A stretch of 64,000 nucleotides of DNA from a virus (Duplodnaviria; Caudoviricetes): positions 1-64,000 of the IMG/VR virus record IMGVR_UViG_3300029288_000151. One strand, given 5' to 3'. The notes below the pieces were generated by a model, which worked only from the letters and a program-made list of their open reading frames with translations, was not told where the DNA came from and made no database searches. The translations under genes were made by a program, and so were the position numbers. Below are positions 56,924 to 64,000 of this stretch, piece after piece (within the stretch, counting starts at the first letter, position 1; every line of letters begins with the position of its first letter).

Positions 56924-59900
56924 TTAATTGCGCGTTAGTCTACAATTGCACTCTGGATGTAGAGGAGGCAATTCTTCGTAGATTATAGCATCACCAGTTT
57001 TCCACCGCAAAGTGGATTTGCTACAGATTTCACAAGGTTGCGAATCTGAGCAAAGGAGAGAGATCTCTTCTGCCCCTTGTGCCTTATATCCGTCAGCTAA
57101 TCCTGCGTTATAAGCACGTCTTATTTCGCCTTCGTCAATCATCTTGGCCCGATGAGCCAAAACCTTGAAGATGATACTGGCGGCTTCCGCATCTACGACA
57201 GAGAGTTCCTTGACTCCTACCAGATTGCTCTCTACCTGTTCGAAAACGTAATCACGGAGTTTATTTGTGAATCTGGTTACGTGCCGCTCTATCTTCGCGT
57301 CTGTTGGAGCAAGATTTATCTCATAATATGGTTTACTAGTGTCATTGATTCCAATTCGATAAGCCCGCTTGGCATGATCAACAAGTTTGTTCCTGCCAGT
57401 TTCAAAAGCAATACCAAATACTATTTTCGCTGTTTCTTTGTCCCATCCGCCGTTAGAGACCATGCCTCTTACGTCTTTCTCAAGGTCGTAAAGAACCGTC
57501 GACAGGGGCGGCCTTTGGGCAAAAATAGAATTAAGCTCAGAAGTAGCTCTGGCATCGTAACTGTCATAACAGTCTTTGTTTAGCTTAGCTGAAGACCTAG
57601 TCCCGTGTTGATTTCGCGGCTTGTTCTTATTAGCCGCCGAACCAGACGCCTTAGCCGGTCTAGCCACAGGCTTCGCTGTCTTTGCTACCTTCTTAGCCGC
57701 AAGTTCTTCTTTCCTATGTTGTTCTGCTACTTCTGTCTCTTCCTCTATATCTCCCTCTGTAACAGAGGTCGCATTAGAACGAGCAACAGCTTTGGATTCG
57801 GCCGACCATGGCTCGTCCAAGCTTTGCATCAAAACTTTGGGCTCTTCGATCTGCCGCCAATAAGAGTTAAGCCAGTCCTCTTCTGTGAAAGGCTCTTTTC
57901 CAATCGCGTCTCGTGCCTCATCATGAGACAATAGATTCTGCATATACATCTGCGAGCAATGATTCTCAAGAGCTTGTTTGACTTCGTTATCAATCTCTTT
58001 AAAAACCAGATAGACCTGATTCTCTTCGTCATCAAGAGATTCTTCCGGGAAGGTACTCTCTCTAAGAAGCTCTTTGATTACAAAAGTGTTTATAAAATCC
58101 TCAAAGATCCGCTGCTCTGACTTGGTCCTGTCAATAAGATTTCTCGACAATGTTTGCGCGGTCGAGTTCCCCTGGATACTAATCTTCCCATTCCGTCGCA
58201 CAACTAATGTATGGTTTTGTGTCTCAAAACACCAGACTTTGTCTCTATAAAAGATCTTCTCAATCTGAGAAGTTCTAACTTCTACCGCCGCTTTAGGGTG
58301 GAAATTAACTCGCCCAACTCCTTGATGAGCAGGACCAAGAGCCGATCTCCATCCTATTCTCAGAGCTAACTCTTGGACATTATCTAATAATTCTTTACTA
58401 CTAGAATAGTAACAAAATCCCTTTCTGTTTTCTCTAGAATCAAAGGATCCATCACCTAAAACCAGCGCGTTTAGTAAAATTTTTAGTTGCCGGGCAGACA
58501 GAGACAAAAATTCTCGGGGTATCTTTTTGTTGTCACTATAAGTTCCAACACTATCTGCTAAATATACCCATAACGATTTACAATTAATCCAAAATCTTGA
58601 GCATTCATCACCATCAACAGAAATATATTCGTTAAATTTAAAAGGCAGCCTCTCAAGCAAAGACCGTATTTTAACTACTTTCCCCAGATTTACTCTGTTG
58701 CTCTGGGAAATAGAAAGCGCCCATTTCCCTTCGACTTTCGCTAAAGTACCCTCACTGATAAAATAACCCAGGAACTCTAACCAGTCATCCATATTAATAT
58801 TATTAAACGGGCCTAGATTTTCATGGTTTGTAATCCTCTTGTCGTAATCAATCTGAGGAAGGTTAAAATTTATTCGTTCGATATTTTTAGTCTCAGAAGA
58901 AGAGGTTAGCAGACAGAACTTTTTGACCCGAATATCCCCAACTTCCCTAAATTCCCAAACAGGAGCTTTTTTGTATTTATAATTGCCATAATATAGTTTA
59001 TGGTTCGGAGTTATACATAAATCAATATGACGATTTTTTACCTTGTGTAATTCCCCTTCATAATCAAATAGAAGCAGTCCGTCTTTCGGCTCCTGAAACT
59101 CAAGCTGCTGACTATCCCTGTTAATAGTCGCGACTAAATCATTTTCAGAGTATTCCCAATAATATTTCCAACCATGATCAGTAAGTATTTGCGTATCTTT
59201 ATCAAAACACCTATTGGCAGATCCGCCTTCTCCCATGTCGACATTGCTTACACCAAGGCCAGAGAACACTCTCTGTTTAAAATGCTCAAGAACATCTTTT
59301 GGGTCAAGAGCTTTTCCCTCAGAACCCTTAACCTCGATCTCGTGCCTTTCTGGTGTGACCCAAAGACCATCCGACGGCATACTAGCCAGTTCTCTTTGAA
59401 CTAACTCTATCTCTGTAGTCCCATCTGGGAACGTCATTGCCGGATTTTTCTCTGTGCCGACTTTATAATGGAAGAGGGGGAATAAATATTGATAGTAAAG
59501 TAATTCAATATTTTCTTCTATCCTGCGCAGCGCACGGATATCATCTTTTATTGGAACAGTGATTGGAGTTCCAACGGAAAACCCGTCTCTCTTGTCAAAG
59601 TAGAAATGAATTACATCCTCCGGATTAAACTCTACTTCTTCTTTTCCCCAAACACTTTGTCTGTATTTTAATATCCTGCCATATTCATCTCTCTTGAAAC
59701 GAATCGTTTCTGCCGGAGCAATGAAATACCCAGCCACAGGATCGAATGTTTGTCCATTCAGTTTGTATGATTTACCACCAGAAGCTTTCTTATCCCGCTT
59801 CTTAACCCAAAATGCATTATGCAAAGCGATAAGAGACCCGACCGTACGCTGGAACAAAATCTTTATTGGGATGCCGGTGGCGGCCTCTATCTGTTGGAAA

Positions 59901-60223
59901 CGCCTACGAACATAAGAGACCCTTGTTGGGTTTTGACCAACAAACTCGTATCCTTCTTTCATAAAGAGCGCTTCTCTCACAGCAAACGCTCTGCGCACGT
60001 ACGCCTCAACGTCAATTATTCGGCCAACTTCTGCCAAGTCCCATTCGGGCGCTTCCCACATCGCGCTAACGACACGACTTCTGCCCATGTTGTGAGTGTA
60101 AGCTTTAACGGGCGACGGGATAATAACAGGAGTAACCGCTTCCTTCTTTGGCAAGAAACCAGAGGTCTCATCTTCCTTATATTTTACTCTTGCAAGAGGA
60201 CGCTCTGTTGTCTCATCCGCCAT
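56924..60223 (-). CDS. Portal protein with intein and C-terminal MuF-like domain (about 751 aa after splicing)
   Basis: Portal motifs EDVIHFYFDKRDGFSVGTP and RVFSGLGV; C-terminal RRAYNAG...CEIC...PPLHPECNC resembles Phage_Mu_F. Confidence 0.85.
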   Translation of the reverse strand: MADETTERPLARVKYKEDETSGFLPKKEAVTPVIIPSPVKAYTHNMGRSRVVSAMWEAPEWDLAEVGRIIDVEAYVRRAFAVREALFMKEGYEFVGQNPTRVSYVRRRFQQIEAATGIPIKILFQRTVGSLIALHNAFWVKKRDKKASGGKSYKLNGQTFDPVAGYFIAPAETIRFKRDEYGRILKYRQSVWGKEEVEFNPEDVIHFYFDKRDGFSVGTPITVPIKDDIRALRRIEENIELLYYQYLFPLFHYKVGTEKNPAMTFPDGTTEIELVQRELASMPSDGLWVTPERHEIEVKGSEGKALDPKDVLEHFKQRVFSGLGVSNVDMGEGGSANRCFDKDTQILTDHGWKYYWEYSENDLVATINRDSQQLEFQEPKDGLLLFDYEGELHKVKNRHIDLCITPNHKLYYGNYKYKKAPVWEFREVGDIRVKKFCLLTSSSETKNIERINFNLPQIDYDKRITNHENLGPFNNINMDDWLEFLGYFISEGTLAKVEGKWALSISQSNRVNLGKVVKIRSLLERLPFKFNEYISVDGDECSRFWINCKSLWVYLADSVGTYSDNKKIPREFLSLSARQLKILLNALVLGDGSFDSRENRKGFCYYSSSKELLDNVQELALRIGWRSALGPAHQGVGRVNFHPKAAVEVRTSQIEKIFYRDKVWCFETQNHTLVVRRNGKISIQGNSTAQTLSRNLIDRTKSEQRIFEDFINTFVIKELLRESTFPEESLDDEENQVYLVFKEIDNEVKQALENHCSQMYMQNLLSHDEARDAIGKEPFTEEDWLNSYWRQIEEPKVLMQSLDEPWSAESKAVARSNATSVTEGDIEEETEVAEQHRKEELAAKKVAKTAKPVARPAKASGSAANKNKPRNQHGTRSSAKLNKDCYDSYDARATSELNSIFAQRPPLSTVLYDLEKDVRGMVSNGGWDKETAKIVFGIAFETGRNKLVDHAKRAYRIGINDTSKPYYEINLAPTDAKIERHVTRFTNKLRDYVFEQVESNLVGVKELSVVDAEAASIIFKVLAHRAKMIDEGEIRRAYNAGLADGYKAQGAEEISLLCSDSQPCEICSKSTLRWKTGDAIIYEELPPLHPECNCRLTRN
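58166..59209 (-). mobile_element. Intein in portal (348 aa, LAGLIDADG endonuclease)
   Basis: ANR|CFDKDTQIL...ITPNHKL...VVRRNGKISIQGN|STAQ; blocks FLGYFISEG and ALVLGDG; penultimate residue is Gly rather than His. Confidence 0.93.
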
Positions 60224-62108
60224 TGGTGCTCCTCTTCTCGAAATCTGCTATCCACTCTCTGACCTTACTAAGATCTTGCGCGCTGACTTCTTTTAAACAG
60301 TCTTTTATAATAATACCTGATTCTGAAGTTTTTTGCGCGCCCGATCCAGTGCCAGTGGAAATTGGCTGTGCTGTCGCTTCGCTTGTAGAAATAGTATCTC
60401 CAGATCCATCCTGACTTTCGTTCGGCGTTGCTGTGGCCGCGACCAATTTGAAAGAACCATCTGGTAATGCCGTAAAAGTATAACCAGTTTTTCCGCTTAA
60501 CTGTTTTTCGAGTATATAGCGCAATTGCTCTTCGTCAAAATTTGTGTCAGTCCCACATTTTAGTCCGTTCTTGACGATCGCCGACAACAAAGCCTCAATC
60601 ATGAATATCAATTGGATGATATTTGTCTTGAGCATCGTCTGCCCCATCTTATTGCTCATCCAACCGAAATCAGTTCCAAGGAGATCGTAGATCAGCTGTG
60701 TTGCCCAATCGAACCAATCTTGGACATATGCTATTGCAGCCTGAATAATATTCCGTACTTGAATAATCGGGTCGATTATCGCACCCGCGTCCATGTAGTA
60801 TTGATCGGCTGGTTTCGGGATCTTTTGATCCTCGGGCGGGTAATTGACGCTAGAAAAACTTGCAGCCCCAGTCTTCTCTGATGTCGGGATGTTGTTTGGA
60901 CTCCATCTTGTCCCGTCTCCGGCAATGGGCCGTGGCCTTGGTGGAATCTGATTCTCAGCTTGCCATCTGCGAGCCTTTATCTCGTCCCATACAGCCTGCC
61001 TTTCTTGCCGCTCCATGTAAGTATCGCCATAGCCATTCTCTATTTGGTCAAGGGCATAAGCTATCTCTTCGTCTGGAACATGCGGCGGTTCTGGGTTATA
61101 GCGCTCGTAATCAGGAGTATTGAATAGCTCTGCCCCGGCAAAACTTGCTTCAAACGGATTATAAGGATTGCCTTCGTATCCCGTGCCAGCGGCCACTGAT
61201 CCCTCTGATCTGGCGTGAGAGAAAAGCCCGCTATCTCCAAGGGCGTTCGGCCCCGCAACACCTACATGATAATTAAGATTCATCTGACTCTCTGAGAATG
61301 GCAGCTTGAATTGCTGGGCGATATAGAGAGTCTGATTTATGTGATCAACGACACAGATGATTGGAGCAATGATCATCTGAATCCACTTATCAAGCCATTC
61401 TCCTAAAGCCTCAAGGAACGGGCTTAAGATTGGACCAATAAGTTCTATTATCAAGTCGAGATTAAGAGAAAAGTCTAAATTGAGCTTTGCTAAGTATTGA
61501 CTCAAAGTTGCCAACAAGGCAAGGAGGTCCTGTGGGCAGAGATGAGACAACATCTCAAGAAGCTTACAGATATTAATGTTATAGCCGGGGTTCTTTAAAA
61601 GATCCATCAGCTTATCGAGCAAATCAAAACGAAGCTTTATGTTTAGAAGATGGATCTCAAGCAGATTGCCATTGGGTAAAAGCTGTGCGCCATCGAACAA
61701 CCGACCAAGGCAAGGGATACATTCTACTATTGCAGAAGAAACATTACCAATAGATGGGTTGGTTACCAGCTCACCCCAATCAATGTCCCGTTCTCTCCCT
61801 TTAAGCCCGGCCATAAAACCCTCAGGACTACTCATTGAGTTCTGCCAATAGTTTATCTTCTGTTGCCCTTCTTGGGCCGCAACAATAGCAGACGGATCTG
61901 TCGGCGCTAAAGTAGATTGGGAGTTCTGTAATCCTGGGTAATAGCTTAGTTGCTCTCGCGTTCTTTCTGCGAAATTTCTAGTTGAATAAGCGTCCCGATA
62001 ATGGGAGGCATAAGCGTAATCCTCTTCTCTGTATTGAGCAGACTGGGTCTCAAAATGCCTTACAATTAATTGGTGATCCCCAGGGAAAACGCTGAAATCA
62101 TCACTCAT
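60213..62108 (-). CDS. Hypothetical 631-aa protein upstream of portal
   Basis: Long ORF overlapping the portal start; Cys motifs (CIPC, LCP, IC); amphipathic helical stretches. Confidence 0.75.
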   Translation of the reverse strand: MSDDFSVFPGDHQLIVRHFETQSAQYREEDYAYASHYRDAYSTRNFAERTREQLSYYPGLQNSQSTLAPTDPSAIVAAQEGQQKINYWQNSMSSPEGFMAGLKGRERDIDWGELVTNPSIGNVSSAIVECIPCLGRLFDGAQLLPNGNLLEIHLLNIKLRFDLLDKLMDLLKNPGYNINICKLLEMLSHLCPQDLLALLATLSQYLAKLNLDFSLNLDLIIELIGPILSPFLEALGEWLDKWIQMIIAPIICVVDHINQTLYIAQQFKLPFSESQMNLNYHVGVAGPNALGDSGLFSHARSEGSVAAGTGYEGNPYNPFEASFAGAELFNTPDYERYNPEPPHVPDEEIAYALDQIENGYGDTYMERQERQAVWDEIKARRWQAENQIPPRPRPIAGDGTRWSPNNIPTSEKTGAASFSSVNYPPEDQKIPKPADQYYMDAGAIIDPIIQVRNIIQAAIAYVQDWFDWATQLIYDLLGTDFGWMSNKMGQTMLKTNIIQLIFMIEALLSAIVKNGLKCGTDTNFDEEQLRYILEKQLSGKTGYTFTALPDGSFKLVAATATPNESQDGSGDTISTSEATAQPISTGTGSGAQKTSESGIIIKDCLKEVSAQDLSKVREWIADFEKRSTNGG

Positions 62109-62110
62109 AA

Positions 62111-62404
62111 TTAACCTGTCACCATATCCAGTACGCCACCGGCTTTGCTAGCCGCCTCGTACGCAGCTTTCTTGGCCTGTGTAATAGAATCACTCCCGCC
62201 TTGGACCACAACATGAGTCACTGGGCCGGATTGAGAAGTAGGGCCGCCTGTAGTATTCACAAGCATGTTGCCGACCGCATGAACAAGTTTACAATCGGCT
62301 TTGCCCATGAAATCCTTCATAATTAGAGGAAATAATTTAGCATAAGCAAGCTTCGCTGCAACTTTATCGAATGTCGCTGGATTCAAAGGATTCAAGGGGG
62401 CCAT
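62111..62404 (-). CDS. Hypothetical protein
   Basis: 97 aa, GGAGG RBS. Confidence 0.7.
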   Translation of the reverse strand: MAPLNPLNPATFDKVAAKLAYAKLFPLIMKDFMGKADCKLVHAVGNMLVNTTGGPTSQSGPVTHVVVQGGSDSITQAKKAAYEAASKAGGVLDMVTG

Positions 62405-62406
62405 TA

Positions 62407-62823
62407 TTATTTACCTCCAAGAGTGGGGACTCCTGAATTATTCTCTGCCGCCATCTTCTTTATAACTTCTCTGTACATATCAAAAGTAATCTCTGATATG
62501 TCGCGCTTGAACACCCTTCGGGCCGCCTCAAGAACACGGATATCTTTCTCTGGATCAATAGGCACTGAAACGTTCTTACACTTAGTCTCAAGCTCTTTAC
62601 AAAGAGCATCGCATTTCTTTATCACTTCGGCATATCCATCTAATACCTCTTGTGATTTCCTCAAACGTTTTTCTAAATCCGTTTCCCCTTCAACAGCGTC
62701 CTTCTCAAGGTAAGGCAAGATAAGCTCACTTGGATTTGGCGGAGTCCATGTGGACTTCGAGGTCATCTCCAATAAGCGCCTGTCTTTGTCTGAAAAGAAC
62801 TTCTGTTTGAAGTTGTTGTCCAT
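62407..62823 (-). CDS. Hypothetical protein
   Basis: 138 aa, TAATG overlap with the upstream gene. Confidence 0.7.
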   Translation of the reverse strand: MDNNFKQKFFSDKDRRLLEMTSKSTWTPPNPSELILPYLEKDAVEGETDLEKRLRKSQEVLDGYAEVIKKCDALCKELETKCKNVSVPIDPEKDIRVLEAARRVFKRDISEITFDMYREVIKKMAAENNSGVPTLGGK

Positions 62824-63269
62824 TAGACCGCATTCTCCGTAAATTCTACTTTTATCTTAATATTGGTCTTTGTCTGAGCGTCTGTATTCGGCGGACAAGT
62901 TATAAGATACCAAAAAGGATAATACGTTGTAGTATCAGAGGTGCCACTTTCCCCGATGTCGTCCATCGAGATTTCGTTGCCCCAATCAAGAGAATCCCAG
63001 AAAGAACCAGTTGGTTCCGTGTCCCCCGGATAAAGCTTAACGCCCCATCCTGTTTCGTCATAAATAGTATCATCGAGACCGCCAGTCTCTACGCTATCTA
63101 CTGATTTTACAACAATAGTCGAATACCATAACAACACATCATCGTTTTTCAAAAACAGCTGCACAGAAGACGTATCTCCTGCCTTGCCTTCGTGTGTCGT
63201 CGATACAGGGGCCGTGCTCGTAACTTCAACGAACTCGTCGTCTTCTTTATAATAAAGCTTAATCGCCAT
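62823..63269 (-). CDS. Acidic beta-rich (Ig-like) structural protein
   Basis: 148 aa, AGGAG RBS; ends with a NIKIKVEFTE strand. Confidence 0.6.
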   Translation of the reverse strand: MAIKLYYKEDDEFVEVTSTAPVSTTHEGKAGDTSSVQLFLKNDDVLLWYSTIVVKSVDSVETGGLDDTIYDETGWGVKLYPGDTEPTGSFWDSLDWGNEISMDDIGESGTSDTTTYYPFWYLITCPPNTDAQTKTNIKIKVEFTENAV

Positions 63270-63277
63270 TTGGTCTC

Positions 63278-64000
63278 CTAAATGTTACTCCGGATTCCCA
63301 GCCTGCCGCGCTTTTTCTTTCTAAGTCGTTGCTGCCTTTTCTCTTCTTCTATCCCTTCCATATCATATTCCCAGCCAGGACGAGAAGAACCAACCATCTG
63401 ATTTGGGCTGACCCTGGCTGGCAGATGAGCACCGAATAATTCCATCGCAGGACTTTCTAATTTGGTTTGTAGATTTGTCCTATTATCTCCCAAATCTCTA
63501 GATCTATTAGACTCTACGTTATTTGAGACTTTCTGTCTAGGGCTCAAAGATGACAAAGCAGCCACAATTGGATCACTTTGTTTCATCCATCCAAATTCTA
63601 TATAAAATCCTACAATCGCCAAATTTAAAGCATCAAGTTTATGATCTTTGACGCGCCCATCAAGCCCACCATAAACTGGCGTTCCAGTTGGAGAAATCCT
63701 TTCTATGATGTAGTTGCGAATCTGTTTTTCCAATTCTTTGTCCGCCGAAGAAATTCTCATCCTGTCTTGCTCAAAAGCTCTGATGGAGGCATTAACCATA
63801 AACGGTTTAGCTGGGACTTTCCTCTCTTCACGAGTAACAGGATCTTTAGACAGGATAGACGCTCCAGAATCGTATTTCCTGAGGATATCTAACAGTCTAG
63901 CAGTATCAGGATCTCCGCCTTTCCTACGTTCCTCGTAACTCATTTTCCTGAGCAGCTCATAATTTGAACTACCATTACCACTATCTGCATAAATAATAGA
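63278..64000 (-). CDS. terL: Terminase large subunit, C-terminal nuclease part (5' end beyond the window)
   Basis: The frame stays open past the track start (63943) to the window edge: SIIYADSGNGSSNYELLRK (RNase H-like YxDxGxG). Also has KDHKLDALNLA (DH-x-LDA acidic motif). Located upstream of portal. Confidence 0.8.
   Translation of the reverse strand, partial: SIIYADSGNGSSNYELLRKMSYEERRKGGDPDTARLLDILRKYDSGASILSKDPVTREERKVPAKPFMVNASIRAFEQDRMRISSADKELEKQIRNYIIERISPTGTPVYGGLDGRVKDHKLDALNLAIVGFYIEFGWMKQSDPIVAALSSLSPRQKVSNNVESNRSRDLGDNRTNLQTKLESPAMELFGAHLPARVSPNQMVGSSRPGWEYDMEGIEEEKRQQRLRKKKRGRLGIRSNI

Noticed and set aside
1-64000. CRISPR arrays, tRNAs, rRNAs and stop-codon reassignment
   Set aside because: No repeat-spacer arrays or cloverleaf-like gaps seen. 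The standard code gives long, contiguous ORFs ending in all three stop codons.

Overview
This 64-kb window is the virion-morphogenesis region of a large (probably jumbo) contractile-tailed dsDNA phage. All credible genes lie on the minus strand, densely packed, often with GGAGG-type RBSs and TAATG/ATGA overlaps. In transcription order (right to left): terminase large subunit (3' part), unknown genes, a portal protein with an intein and a C-terminal MuF-like domain, a prohead protease/scaffold with an HNH intein, a capsid decoration protein, the major capsid protein, and a rearranged accessory cassette. That cassette holds an Ig-like protein, a repeat fibre, a deletion-fused glycosyltransferase/methyltransferase remnant and a collagen-like protein. 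Then come neck proteins, tail sheath, three tube-fold paralogues, two tail chaperones, a tape-measure-like protein with two inteins, a 1489-aa protein, a hub with a putative cell-wall hydrolase, spike, gp25-like, baseplate J, and wedge/fibre proteins. The main discovery candidate is the 1489-aa protein (26996-31465). By manual alignment it carries, in the correct order, the beta-like and beta'-like double-psi-beta-barrel motifs of two-barrel RNA polymerases (AKEMGLIS; VYLREKYRMQEG..GKMFGDATK; GRHP...SIQA; ADYDKD). It therefore looks like a single-chain RNA polymerase encoded inside the tail module next to the tape measure, and it may be packaged in the virion and ejected. All functional calls come from motif recognition by eye; no database searches were run.
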